Of a stretch of 64,000 nucleotides of DNA, positions 9,963 to 20,303 are shown piece by piece. A program made the position numbers and the translations under genes. The DNA lies in sequence record DRR723986_7384; one strand, 5' to 3'. Position 1 is the first letter of the stretch. Each line of letters opens with the position of its first letter. The notes below the pieces were generated by a model. The model had not been told where the DNA came from, did no database searches, and worked only from the letters and a program-made list of their open reading frames with translations.

Positions 9963-10406
9963 ATGACTCCCAACTCGTGCCTCCTCATAAACCTTGCTTC
10001 AACCTGGGCGATGGTCGGACTCATCTGGACAATCCAACTGGTGCACTATCCGATGTTTTCGAGCTTGGACGCTGAGCAATTCCCGAAACACATGGATGAA
10101 CACCAACGCTTGATCAGCTTCCTCGTACTGCCGCTAATGATGTCGGAATTGCTCTCGAGTTTGGCACTCTGGAACTTCCGCCCGGAAGCCATTTCGAATA
10201 CCGCCGTAATCGTGGGACTAGCTCTCTTGGCCGTCACCTGGGGGTCAACGTTTCTCATTCAGGTTCCGCAGCACACCAAATTATTGTCAGGCTACGATGC
10301 GGCAGTTTGCCAGCAATTGGTAACCTGGAACTGGCTTCGAACCGCCGCCTGGACCGCTCGCGGTATCCTGACCGCTGCGATGATGCTGTCCGTACTGGGG
10401 AAGTAG
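9963..10406 (+). CDS. Conserved four-TM membrane protein
   Basis: MVGLIWTIQLVHYP...STFLIQVPQH...NWLRT; four hydrophobic segments; 20 nt downstream of the previous gene. Confidence 0.75.
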   Translation: MTPNSCLLINLASTWAMVGLIWTIQLVHYPMFSSLDAEQFPKHMDEHQRLISFLVLPLMMSELLSSLALWNFRPEAISNTAVIVGLALLAVTWGSTFLIQVPQHTKLLSGYDAAVCQQLVTWNWLRTAAWTARGILTAAMMLSVLGK

Positions 10407-10600
10407 CAAGAGCTGGGCGAAGAACCCATGAAAGCTCGTGCGGCGCTCCGCTCAGCCATCGAGCAGCCATATTGAGCTTGTTCGCCACTGCTGCTCGAAC
10501 GTCATGGGCGGAGCGTGTATCATAGTGGACTTGGTTAGGAACTCCTGAGCCCGCCTTGGACGACTATTACCCGCCTGCCTCTCGCCCTCGGAATAGCCCT

Positions 10601-13135
10601 ATGTCTTTCCCCAATGCTTCTCTCGTTTTGGCCTGCTTGTTCAGTGTTGCTGGTCTAGCCGGAAGCTCACAAGCAGCCACGGATTCGCGAGAGATAACCG
10701 TCCTCCCTAAAAACGTGCAGCTCTCTGCGCTGTCGCCCGAATCTGGATTGCTGGTCCAGTGGGCGCGTGGTGATTCAATGGAGGAAATGGTTGAGGCGTT
10801 TGAAGTTCAGTCGACAGATCCGGAAGTCGCCGTTTTCGAAAATGGCAAAATCATGGGCCGCGGAAACGGTGAGTGCACGCTTCGGGTCATGGCAGCGAAC
10901 GGCAAGACTAAATCTGTAGCGGTCGTCGTGAGCGGGTTCGACCGACAACCCCAGTGGCAGTTCGATGCTCACGTGCAGTCTGTGCTTTCGAAGCAGGGCT
11001 GCAACAGTGGAGCTTGCCATGGTGCTTTGGCTGGAAAGGGAGGTTTTCGTCTTTCGCTACGCGCCTACGATTCTTCGGCGGATCACTTCACCATCACGCA
11101 GCAAGACAAAGGCCGCCGGATTGAACCAGCCGACCCAGGCCGCAGTCTCTTGTTGTCCAAACCCACCTTGGCTGTCCCGCACAAAGGAGGCCAACGACTG
11201 AAGGCCCAGTCGCCAGATTACAAAGTTCTAGCTGAATGGATCAGCCAAGGCGCTCCGAAGCCAGCGGCCAGCAATGCCGCCCTGGAGCAAGTCGAGGTAC
11301 TGCCGAAAACGCTAAGCCTTAAACCGGGCGACCGACAACAGATACTTGTCAGAGCTCATTACGCAGACGGTCGCATCGAAGACGTAACACGTTGGGCGAA
11401 GTTTAGTTCATCCAATGAAGTTGTGGCACGCGTCGACGAATCTGGCCAAGCAGCAATCCTGGCTAGCGGCAAAGGGACCATCGTAGTTTGGTTTGCGAGT
11501 CAGATTAACACGTGCTCCATGATGGTTCCGTTTCACGGGAGCCTTGCCCAGAACGCTGCCGAAAAGAGCTACGACAGCTTCCAAACGAAAAATCTGATTG
11601 ACGAAATCCTGCTCGAAGAATGGAAGGCACTGGGCTTAACTCCATCGAGCACCTGTGACGACGCAACCTTCCTCAGACGTGCCTACTTAGACACGACTGG
11701 CTCGCTCCCGTCGCCTGAAAAAGTTCTGGAGTTCATTGCAAGTGATGCTCCAAACAAGCGCGATCAAGTCGTCGATCAACTGCTGCAGAGCAACGCATTC
11801 GTCGACTACTGGAGTTATCAATGGTCTGACCTTCTGTTGGTCAACGGAACACTTCTTCGGCCCGACGCGGTGGCGGCCTTTTATGGGTGGATTCGCGAAC
11901 AGGTCGAGAAAAACACACCGTGGGACAACTTTGCCAAAGAAATCGTTCTGGCTAAGGGCTCAAGCATCGATCAAGGTGCAACCAACTTCTACGCGATTCA
12001 CCAAGACCCCGAGAGTCTGACCGAGAATACATGCCAGGCGTTCATGGGCCTGTCCATCGGTTGCGCCAAATGCCACAACCACCCACTGGAGAAGTGGACC
12101 AACGACCAATACTACGCCATGGCGAATCTATATGCCAGAGTCCGAGCAAAGGGTTGGGGCGGAGATTCTCGCAATGGTGACGGACGACGAACGCTAATCG
12201 TTCTCAATCGGGGCGACCTCATTCAGCCGTCAACCGGCAAACCACAGCCCCCAGCGCCGCTGGATAGCGACCCGATCGACATTGATGATTCCGGAGACCG
12301 CCGCGAGGTGCTAGCCCGATGGTTGGTCAGCGACGAGAACACCTACTTTAGTCGATCGATTGCCAACCGGATCTGGGCCAACTTTATGGGCGTTGGGCTA
12401 GTTGAATCCGTTGACGACCTACGCGTCAGCAATCCGGCCTCAAGTGACCGGCTCCTGAATGCACTCGCCGAACACCTGATTGCCAATGACTATGACCTGA
12501 AATCCCTGATGCGTCTCATACTTACGTCCAACGCGTACGGGCTTAGCAGCGAGGCAACCGATGGAAATCGCGACGACAATCGGTTCTTCTGTCGATACTA
12601 CCCAAAGCGGCTGATGGCCGAAGTGCTACATGATTCCATTGTTTCAGTCACTGGTGTGCCGACAAAGTTTGACACGATCGAATTCCCCGGTGCCGACACC
12701 AAAGCGACTGACTTCTACGATGATGGCACGCGGTCGATCGAACTGTACGATTCAGCGGTTGCAAACTACTTCCTCAAGACCTTCGGACGCCACCAGCGGC
12801 GAATCACCTGCGTCTGCGAGCGGAGCGATCAGCCGACCGTTGTCCAAGCCTTGCACCTGAATAACGGCGACACGATCAATGAGAAGCTGAGCGAAGAGTC
12901 GAGCATTGTTCAGCAGTGGATCGACGACAAGGTTTCGCCCACGGAGATCATTCGATCCGCTTATCTAAGGACCCTATCAAGGTTACCGACAGAGTCGGAA
13001 ACGAATCAACTGGCTACTATCTTGGCCGAAGTCGACGTGGATGAAGAGCAGGAGGCCTCGACCGCTCGCCGAGAGCTATACGAAGACTTGCTTTGGAGTC
13101 TCATGACTAGCAAAGAGTTCCTGTTCGCACACTAA
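10601..13135 (+). CDS. DUF1549/DUF1553 (PSCyt2/PSD1) protein with Ig-like (Big_2) domains
   Basis: GCNSGACHG, FLRRAYLD, IGCAKCHNHP, ANRIWANFMGVGL, CVCERS, WSLMTSKEFLFAH. Confidence 0.9.
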   Translation: MSFPNASLVLACLFSVAGLAGSSQAATDSREITVLPKNVQLSALSPESGLLVQWARGDSMEEMVEAFEVQSTDPEVAVFENGKIMGRGNGECTLRVMAANGKTKSVAVVVSGFDRQPQWQFDAHVQSVLSKQGCNSGACHGALAGKGGFRLSLRAYDSSADHFTITQQDKGRRIEPADPGRSLLLSKPTLAVPHKGGQRLKAQSPDYKVLAEWISQGAPKPAASNAALEQVEVLPKTLSLKPGDRQQILVRAHYADGRIEDVTRWAKFSSSNEVVARVDESGQAAILASGKGTIVVWFASQINTCSMMVPFHGSLAQNAAEKSYDSFQTKNLIDEILLEEWKALGLTPSSTCDDATFLRRAYLDTTGSLPSPEKVLEFIASDAPNKRDQVVDQLLQSNAFVDYWSYQWSDLLLVNGTLLRPDAVAAFYGWIREQVEKNTPWDNFAKEIVLAKGSSIDQGATNFYAIHQDPESLTENTCQAFMGLSIGCAKCHNHPLEKWTNDQYYAMANLYARVRAKGWGGDSRNGDGRRTLIVLNRGDLIQPSTGKPQPPAPLDSDPIDIDDSGDRREVLARWLVSDENTYFSRSIANRIWANFMGVGLVESVDDLRVSNPASSDRLLNALAEHLIANDYDLKSLMRLILTSNAYGLSSEATDGNRDDNRFFCRYYPKRLMAEVLHDSIVSVTGVPTKFDTIEFPGADTKATDFYDDGTRSIELYDSAVANYFLKTFGRHQRRITCVCERSDQPTVVQALHLNNGDTINEKLSEESSIVQQWIDDKVSPTEIIRSAYLRTLSRLPTESETNQLATILAEVDVDEEQEASTARRELYEDLLWSLMTSKEFLFAH

Positions 13136-13218
13136 CGAGAGCTGCTCACGGCTGCCGGCAAAGCTACCCTCAGGGCAACTTCGGTACTTCAGTCACAGGT
13201 TCACCGATAGGTCATAAT

Positions 13219-14616
13219 ATGTGTTCACTAACCGCCCGCAGACGCAGCCCACTAGCATTGACTCTGTCCAGTTGTGCAATGCTTTGGCAGCTTGCTTGTT
13301 GTGTCGCGTTCGCTGAAGCGGCCTTAGGTGACGACTCGGGTGACTCTCGACAATGGCAAGTCCCGCTAGCCGGAAATGCTTACACGCCGAACACTTCGGT
13401 GCGGCTTCCAGTCCAGCGTGACTCGACAGTTCTGCTTGGCAGTGGCAACGCGGCCGAAGACGGGAATCGACGTGCCTCGCAGCGATCTGCTGCGGAAGTA
13501 GACATTTACTTTTATCTCGACCGAGGCGCAAAGATTCAGGCTTCATTGCTGGCTGAAGCGCGGAAGCCTTCCGCAGAATCAACCGCTCCGTGCGAAATGA
13601 AGCTGACGCTCGGAAAGCAGTCTGCAACTGGCCAGTACGATTCGAAAGCAGGCAAGGTCGAGTTCGGAGAGTTCAAAGTCGATCGTGCCGGCTACGTGAA
13701 AGCAACACTAAGCATCATAAAGGGGCAAGTTGCTGCATCGGACTTGGTCCTCCGTTCGAACGCAGGCGATGTTCGACTGAACTGTGTCGCGACAAACAAA
13801 GGCAACATGTTCTACTGGGGTCGACGAGGACCATCCGTTCACCTGACCTACGCCGTTCCCAAGGGACACGAATTGGAATACGCCTATAGCGAGATCACCG
13901 TCCCAGAAGGACAGGACAGAATTGGCTCGTACTTCATGGCCAATGGCTTCGGAGAAGGTTACTTTGGATTCCAAGTGAATAGCCCCACGGAACGTCGCGT
14001 TCTATTCTCCGTGTGGAGTCCTTTCAATACGCAAGATCCATCAAAGATCCCGCCTGATCAGCGTATTCAGCGATTGGCGTCCGGTGAAAAAGTGCACGTT
14101 GGCAAGTTTGGCAACGAAGGATCCGGCGGGCAGAGCTACTTGAAATACCCCTGGGTGGCTGGCCGAACCTATCGTTTCCTAACTCGTGTTCAGCCGATGC
14201 AGGACAACAAAACGGTTTACACCTGCTGGTTTGGCGACAAAGAGAAAGACGAGTGGCTGCTGATTGCAAGTTTTGCACGCCCCAAGACCCAAACGCACCT
14301 TCGCCGCTTCCATTCCTTCCTAGAAAACTTTGCTCCGAACACGGGTGGGCTCGGACGTTGGGCACGCTACGATAATATCTGGGTCGTTGATACCGACGGA
14401 AAGTGGTTTGAGTGCACTGAGGCCAGGTTCTCCAAGGATGCGACAGGTTCGGGCGGTCATCGACTCGATTACGAAGGTGGCGTAAAAGATAGCTCGTTCT
14501 ATTTGAAGAATTGCGGCTTCTTCAATCCGAGTAGCAAACAAGCCGACCGGCTAGTTCGTGAGCCCAATGGTTCGCCCCCTAAGATTCAGTTCGAGCAACT
14601 TCCTGGTTGGAAATAG
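13219..14616 (+). CDS. DUF3472 (with DUF5077-like N-terminus) secreted protein
   Basis: FYWGRRGPSVHL, YFMANGFGEGYFGFQVNS, VLFSVWSP, FGNEGSGGQS, HSFLENF. Confidence 0.82.
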   Translation: MCSLTARRRSPLALTLSSCAMLWQLACCVAFAEAALGDDSGDSRQWQVPLAGNAYTPNTSVRLPVQRDSTVLLGSGNAAEDGNRRASQRSAAEVDIYFYLDRGAKIQASLLAEARKPSAESTAPCEMKLTLGKQSATGQYDSKAGKVEFGEFKVDRAGYVKATLSIIKGQVAASDLVLRSNAGDVRLNCVATNKGNMFYWGRRGPSVHLTYAVPKGHELEYAYSEITVPEGQDRIGSYFMANGFGEGYFGFQVNSPTERRVLFSVWSPFNTQDPSKIPPDQRIQRLASGEKVHVGKFGNEGSGGQSYLKYPWVAGRTYRFLTRVQPMQDNKTVYTCWFGDKEKDEWLLIASFARPKTQTHLRRFHSFLENFAPNTGGLGRWARYDNIWVVDTDGKWFECTEARFSKDATGSGGHRLDYEGGVKDSSFYLKNCGFFNPSSKQADRLVREPNGSPPKIQFEQLPGWK

Positions 14617-14696
14617 CTCGTCGCCGCAAGATACGATTAGCTTTCTCATTTGCAATAACGGCGTCGCAATCAGCGCCAACGGAATACTGGGACAAC

Positions 14697-17600
14697 ATGG
14701 CGCAAGCGAGGCGGGCAGTTCTAAAGGTTCGAAAGGGAGCCGAAAAGCAAGATTCGAAAGAGCTAGCGCTTCCTGGCGTCGTCACGCACATTGCTGGTCT
14801 ACAGTTTCTGAAAGAACTAACAACCAGCCTCGACGTCTCAGGGCGAGCATGTCTTGAAGGCGTATGGAGTGGCGCGCTGTCGCCCACTGCTGCGGCGATC
14901 GCTGAAGCCTCCAAGGCCCCGGTGCTTCTGTTAGTTCCTCACGTAGCTGATGCCGAAAATGCGGCTGGTGAGATGAGCGAACTCTTGCAGCGCAACGCTC
15001 TGTATTTTCCACCGGGCAGCGAAGAAACCGAACTTGAGTCGCTCGCCCAGCAGGAAACGGCTCAGCGGTTACAAGTCCTGAGTGGTCTTTATCGTTTTCT
15101 GTCGTCTCCCAAAGACTTCCCGCCACCAGTACTCGCGACGACGCTTCCCGCATTGATGCAAAGTGTCCCCAGTCCGGATTCCTTAGAGGGCGACAAACGA
15201 GTCCTCAAGGCTGGCAAGCAAATCAATGTTCGCGATCTCAAGAAGTGGCTCGTCGATGCCGGTTACCACTCCACGAATAGCGTGCAACTGCCGGGTGAGT
15301 TCGCGATGCGTGGTGGCATCCTGGATATCTTCCCGCCGGACGAGTCAGTACCGGTTCGAATCGAATTGTTCGACAATGAAATTGAATCCCTACGGACCTT
15401 CGATGTCGTGTCCCAACGCAGCATCGAAAAGCTAAAGACGATCGAGCTACTTGCTGCATCAGGTAGCGTTGCCGTTGATGGAAACCTGCTTGACTTCCTG
15501 CCTCCCGAGACAACGGTCATTCTGCACGAGTTAAGGGCAATCACATCCGCGGCTGAAGCTTACCTGGCCAGGGTCCCGTTCCCAGATCGTTTCGAATCGC
15601 ACACGACTATTCTCGCGAACCTCTCAAAGCACAACCAGATTCACTCGTGCCAACTGGCTGACGAAGGGTACCTAGGTGAGCTAGTCCGCTGTCCGCTTCG
15701 AAGCGTTGAAAGGATCGGTGGCGACCTTGAGAAGCTAGCCCAGGATATCGATGCAGAAACCAATCGGTGCGATACCGCTGTCGTCGCTATCAACGAAGGT
15801 GAAAAACAGCGTCTGGCTGAACTGCTGGGCGAATCCGACGCCGCGAAAGCGAACCGTCTAACCATTCTGATCAGCCAACTTCAACAGGGATTTGAGATTC
15901 CCGCCGAAGGCAAGCAGAAAGGAATGTTCTTGCTAACCGCGGCGGGATTGCTGCGCCGACGTCACGTCCGTCGCATCACGAAACGGACCAAGAGCAAAGC
16001 AATCGATACGTTCTCCGACCTCCGGATGGGCGACTTGGTTGTACATCTGTCCCATGGAATCGGCGTTTACCGTGGCACAGAACTGCTGGAAAAGCATGGC
16101 CAGCGTTTCGAGCATCTGGTTCTCGAGTTCGACGGTGGCACAAAGATCTTTGTCCCTAGCTCTAAAATTGAGTTAGTACAGCGATACGTCGGTGGCACCA
16201 AGAGCAGGCCTAAACTTGCCAAGATTGGCGGTCAGGCCTGGGCTAGGCAGAAGAAAGCCGCCGAGCGGGCAGTCCAGGACATGGCTGTCGAGCTCTTGGA
16301 ATTGCAAGCTCGCCGAAATAGCCAACCAGGAATCGCCTTTGCTCAAGATAGCGTTTGGCAGAATCAATTCGATGCATCATTCTCCTACATTGAAACGCCT
16401 GACCAACTTACGGCAATCGATGCTGTCAAAGGGGACATGATTCGCTCTCGGCCAATGGACCGCCTAATTTGTGGTGACGTTGGATTTGGAAAAACGGAAG
16501 TCTCGATGCGAGCGGCTTTCAAGGCCATCGACAGCGGCTACCAAGTTGCCGTGTTGGTGCCGACTACCGTACTGGCGGAGCAACACTACAAAACGTTCCG
16601 TGACCGGATGGCGGAGTTCCCTTTTGACATCGAGAAACTAAGCCGCTTTGCTACGACGAAAGAGCAGAAAGAAACGATGAAGGGCATCGCCAGCGGGCGA
16701 GTCGACATCGTTGTGGGAACACACCGCATTGCATCTAAGGACTTGAAGTTCTACAACCTCGGCCTCTTGATCATCGACGAAGAGCAGCGATTTGGTGTGG
16801 AGATCAAAGAACGACTTAAGCATCTCCGCAGCAACGTCGACGTCCTGACACTTTCCGCGACGCCGATTCCTAGAACTCTACACATGTCGCTCGTCGGTGT
16901 TCGTGACATTTCGAACTTAGAAACGCCTCCCGAAGACCGCTTGAGTGTTGAAACACGTTCAATCCGATACAACGAAGAATTGATTCGAAACGCAATCCTG
17001 CGTGAATTGAATCGCGACGGTCAAGTTTACTTTGTCCACAACCGAGTCCAAGACATCGAGGAGTTTGCCGCCAAGATTCAACAGATCGTCCCCGAAGCAA
17101 GCATTGTGATCGGCCACGGGCAAATGGCTGAAGGCGAACTGGAAAAGGTCATGGTCGACTTCATCGAACATCGCTACGACATTCTGCTGGCAACAACGAT
17201 CATTGAATCTGGCCTCGACATCCCGAACGCCAACACGATTTTCATCGACGAAGCCTATCGTTATGGGCTGGCTGAACTTCACCAACTGCGTGGCCGCGTT
17301 GGCCGCTACAAGAATCAAGCCTACTGCTATTTGCTGGTCGACAAACACAAGCACCTTTCGCCAGATGCCGCGCGTCGTTTACACGCCATCGAAGAGTACA
17401 GCGAGATCGGCGCTGGTTTTGGCATCGCCATGCGTGACCTGGAAATACGTGGGGCTGGGAACCTGCTCGGAACTCAACAAAGCGGCCACATCGCCGCGAT
17501 TGGCTACGAGCTATACTGCCAACTGCTCGGTAGCGCCGTCAGAGAACTGACACACAAGACTCCTGAGCTGGCCGTCGAGGTGGAGGTTGACTTGCCTGTT

Positions 17601-17999
17601 CAGGCGTTTCTGCCGATCGACTACGTTCCAGAATTGCGACAGAGAATTGACATTTACCGACGACTCTCACGCATCGCCGACATCCGGGAACTCGAAGACA
17701 TGCGTGACGAGATTCACGACCGCTTCGGCAAACTCCCTCGACCGGTCAAGATGTTGCTAAAGGTTGCTGAGGTCAAGATTGATGCATCAATTTGGTTTGT
17801 TAAATCGCTGACCGTTGAGGACAGTTACTTGGTGATGACCTACGCCAATCGCAGTCGCATCGAGCATCTGGCCAAGCTGCACGACGGTCGTCTCAGAATT
17901 GTCGACAAGCAAAAGGCATACTGGGTTGCCGATCCTGAATCGACGGGAAGACGCATTAACTGGATCGAACAAGCACAGATAGCATTCCGATCCGCATAA
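14697..17999 (+). CDS. mfd: Transcription-repair coupling factor Mfd
   Basis: GEFAMRGGILDIF, CarD-like VVHLSHGIG, CGDVGFGKTEV, DEEQRFGV, SATPIPRTL, QLRGRVGR, DLEIRGAGNLLG, TRCF domain. Start uncertain. Confidence 0.97.
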   Translation: MAQARRAVLKVRKGAEKQDSKELALPGVVTHIAGLQFLKELTTSLDVSGRACLEGVWSGALSPTAAAIAEASKAPVLLLVPHVADAENAAGEMSELLQRNALYFPPGSEETELESLAQQETAQRLQVLSGLYRFLSSPKDFPPPVLATTLPALMQSVPSPDSLEGDKRVLKAGKQINVRDLKKWLVDAGYHSTNSVQLPGEFAMRGGILDIFPPDESVPVRIELFDNEIESLRTFDVVSQRSIEKLKTIELLAASGSVAVDGNLLDFLPPETTVILHELRAITSAAEAYLARVPFPDRFESHTTILANLSKHNQIHSCQLADEGYLGELVRCPLRSVERIGGDLEKLAQDIDAETNRCDTAVVAINEGEKQRLAELLGESDAAKANRLTILISQLQQGFEIPAEGKQKGMFLLTAAGLLRRRHVRRITKRTKSKAIDTFSDLRMGDLVVHLSHGIGVYRGTELLEKHGQRFEHLVLEFDGGTKIFVPSSKIELVQRYVGGTKSRPKLAKIGGQAWARQKKAAERAVQDMAVELLELQARRNSQPGIAFAQDSVWQNQFDASFSYIETPDQLTAIDAVKGDMIRSRPMDRLICGDVGFGKTEVSMRAAFKAIDSGYQVAVLVPTTVLAEQHYKTFRDRMAEFPFDIEKLSRFATTKEQKETMKGIASGRVDIVVGTHRIASKDLKFYNLGLLIIDEEQRFGVEIKERLKHLRSNVDVLTLSATPIPRTLHMSLVGVRDISNLETPPEDRLSVETRSIRYNEELIRNAILRELNRDGQVYFVHNRVQDIEEFAAKIQQIVPEASIVIGHGQMAEGELEKVMVDFIEHRYDILLATTIIESGLDIPNANTIFIDEAYRYGLAELHQLRGRVGRYKNQAYCYLLVDKHKHLSPDAARRLHAIEEYSEIGAGFGIAMRDLEIRGAGNLLGTQQSGHIAAIGYELYCQLLGSAVRELTHKTPELAVEVEVDLPVQAFLPIDYVPELRQRIDIYRRLSRIADIRELEDMRDEIHDRFGKLPRPVKMLLKVAEVKIDASIWFVKSLTVEDSYLVMTYANRSRIEHLAKLHDGRLRIVDKQKAYWVADPESTGRRINWIEQAQIAFRSA

Positions 18000-18072
18000 G
18001 TCACTTTGCTTCTGAGACCATGGCCTTGCACCGGATTGTGTGGCGGTAGCACACCTGTATTGATCACCACCC

Positions 18073-19191
18073 ATGAATTCTCCACAAGTGCCATCGCAAC
18101 TCGCTCCCCCACATCTTGCGAGCATGTACGACGCGGAAGGCGTTGAACAGTTACGAAGAACGCATCGGCTGGACCCTGCAGTCGTGCGCGGATTCAGAAA
18201 TCATCTGTGCAAGCACTTCCGCCCGACTCGCGATTCCAACTCTACGCTCGCAGATCACACCGCTATCCACTCGCTCCAACTCCACGAGCGCTGCGACTCT
18301 GAGATCGACGGGGCTTCCAAGCTACTGTTTCGTAACCGGGATGGACTTCTTCTAGAGTCTGTGATCCTCAGATTCGAATCTGGCAGAACGTCATTGTGTG
18401 TCTCCAGCCAAGTTGGCTGCGCGGCCGCCTGCAGTTTCTGCGCGACAGGAAAGATGGGCATTGCTCGCAATTTGACTACTGACGAGATACTTGATCAAGT
18501 CCTTCAGGCAGGCCAATTGCTCCGCGCGGAGGAGCGGCAGCTCCGGAATGTCGTGTTCATGGGAATGGGAGAGCCTTTTCACAACGAAGCATCGCTACAC
18601 ACCGCAATTGAAACACTCTGTAGCCCGGATTTCTTTGACTTTGCGCAGAGCAAAATACTGGTATCGAGCGTCGGGGTTTGCGATGCAATGCTCCGATTGG
18701 CGGAGAAATTTCCTCGCATTCACCAGGCATTGAGTCTACATAGCGTGCGACAAGACGTACGCGCGAAGCTGATCCCCTTGGCCAAGCGCGCTCCGGTTGA
18801 CGTTCTGCGTCAGACGATTCAACGTCTAAATGAGATGCAGTCCTGCCCGGTGCTGTTAGAGTACCTCATGCTAGATGAAATCAACGATACTGAAGAGGAC
18901 GCCGGCTTGCTCATCGACTGGATCGGAGACGCGAATGTCCACGTGAATCTGATTCCGTATAACGCGATTGACAACGCGGAGCACCTTCGCCGCAGCCACA
19001 GACAGAACGCATTTTCTGAACAGTTGAAAAACTCGGGCCTCAAAGTCACCACCCGACATTCCCTTGGTCACGACATTGCAGCAGCTTGCGGACAACTAGT
19101 TCAATCAGAGAATCGCAAAATCGCCAAGTCACTCCACAGCATCGATTCTGCCCTCAAGCCCAACGCCTCGCCCCAAACGCCGCACTCATAA
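18073..19191 (+). CDS. rlmN: RlmN/Cfr family radical SAM RNA methyltransferase
   Basis: CVSSQVGCAAACSFC, VFMGMGEP, SLH, EY, NLIPYN, IAAACGQL. The N-terminus is divergent, so it may be a paralog. Confidence 0.85.
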   Translation: MNSPQVPSQLAPPHLASMYDAEGVEQLRRTHRLDPAVVRGFRNHLCKHFRPTRDSNSTLADHTAIHSLQLHERCDSEIDGASKLLFRNRDGLLLESVILRFESGRTSLCVSSQVGCAAACSFCATGKMGIARNLTTDEILDQVLQAGQLLRAEERQLRNVVFMGMGEPFHNEASLHTAIETLCSPDFFDFAQSKILVSSVGVCDAMLRLAEKFPRIHQALSLHSVRQDVRAKLIPLAKRAPVDVLRQTIQRLNEMQSCPVLLEYLMLDEINDTEEDAGLLIDWIGDANVHVNLIPYNAIDNAEHLRRSHRQNAFSEQLKNSGLKVTTRHSLGHDIAAACGQLVQSENRKIAKSLHSIDSALKPNASPQTPHS

Positions 19192-19208
19192 GAACGAGAC
19201 AACTCGAT

Positions 19209-20123
19209 TCATCGCTTTCGCAGACGGTGCTGCAGCTCGGATAACAATGCAGCAAGACCATCTTTGCCCAACGCAATCAACTCGTTTCGGCTTGTCGGCG
19301 CGGACTCAAGGAGCTCTTCCAGCATCTGGACTTTTCCGACAAGCTCTCCCTCTTCACGCCCTTCTTCACGCCCCTGTTGGTGCCCCTCCTGGCGTGCTGC
19401 CAGTAATCGAGCCTCTTCGTCGCGTAAAAATTTCTGACGTGCTTCGTAGTAACGACGATCCTCAGGACTGCGTGAAATCATTTCTAATACTCCAACAGCT
19501 TCCGTAAAGGCCGGGTGGGAAAGCCGGCTCGACAGTTCGGCCGCCTCCATGTGTTCAGCGTGTCGCAAAAAGTAAAGCCACTTCTCAATGGCTGGCAAGC
19601 TATCAATATTATCGCTCGCTGGACGGAATTTGGGCAGCTCGAGCGTGTGAAATTCCAGAACATCACTAAAAACTAGTGACTCCTGGTCGCAACGAAGCCG
19701 GAAACTCAAGTGAAATGGCTGGACATCTGGGAACAATTGTCGATCGAGGACGCAGATACTGATTGATGGGCGGATCTCATTATATCCATCGCCCTCTCCG
19801 AGTTGCCGGACCAAATTGAGACAACCGTAGTAGGCAAGCCTCTTTGGCAGCTCTAAGGGAAGCGTCGTTTGCATTTCGATGTTGAACTTGCGACCAGACT
19901 TGTCTCGGGCCAGCACATCCAGAATGACTAGCTTGTCTTCAGTGCGATCCTTTCCTTGGATCGGATTCAGGATTTCAACTTCCGCGATTGGCTCGGGCAA
20001 ATCGAGAACTGCATTCAAAAAATGGATCGTCACCGCAGAATGGTCTGGGCTTCCAAAAACTAGTTTGAATGCGAAATCAACTTTGGGGTCAATACCGATA
20101 GGCATTTGGGTGGTCACCATCAA
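19209..20123 (-). CDS. Rpn family PD-(D/E)XK nuclease (putative transposase, TIGR01784-like)
   Basis: DPKVDFAFKLVFG, LDVLARD...NIEMQ, LELPKF, WLYFL, C-terminal GREEGREEG repeats. Confidence 0.9.
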   Translation of the reverse strand: MMVTTQMPIGIDPKVDFAFKLVFGSPDHSAVTIHFLNAVLDLPEPIAEVEILNPIQGKDRTEDKLVILDVLARDKSGRKFNIEMQTTLPLELPKRLAYYGCLNLVRQLGEGDGYNEIRPSISICVLDRQLFPDVQPFHLSFRLRCDQESLVFSDVLEFHTLELPKFRPASDNIDSLPAIEKWLYFLRHAEHMEAAELSSRLSHPAFTEAVGVLEMISRSPEDRRYYEARQKFLRDEEARLLAARQEGHQQGREEGREEGELVGKVQMLEELLESAPTSRNELIALGKDGLAALLSELQHRLRKR

Positions 20124-20303
20124 AGTAAGTGAGTTGCACGAGCCCTTAGTTATATCATCTCTGATGCCAATCGTTTTCCACCCACTTCAGAAGCAACGGT
20201 TTGGAATTTCTGCAAGCTGGTGAGAGGCTCGCGTGCATACAGATGAATGCAGTGTTACAATCAACTGGGAGGCCTTGAGAATACTGCGGCGAGCGAGGGG
20301 ACG

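Noticed and set aside
14607-14696. N-terminal extension of Mfd overlapping the DUF3472 gene (and similar long extensions on purF, proB, algH, SGNH and FG-GAP ORFs)
   Set aside because: Artefacts of longest-ORF calling; downstream starts fit the family N-termini or signal peptides better.
18073-19191. Cfr-type resistance methyltransferase
   Set aside because: Motifs (CVSSQVGC, ALSLH, AACGQL) are RlmN-like and the context is chromosomal housekeeping.
19209-20123. IS element
   Set aside because: No terminal inverted repeats or target duplication seen, and Rpn proteins are not demonstrated transposases.
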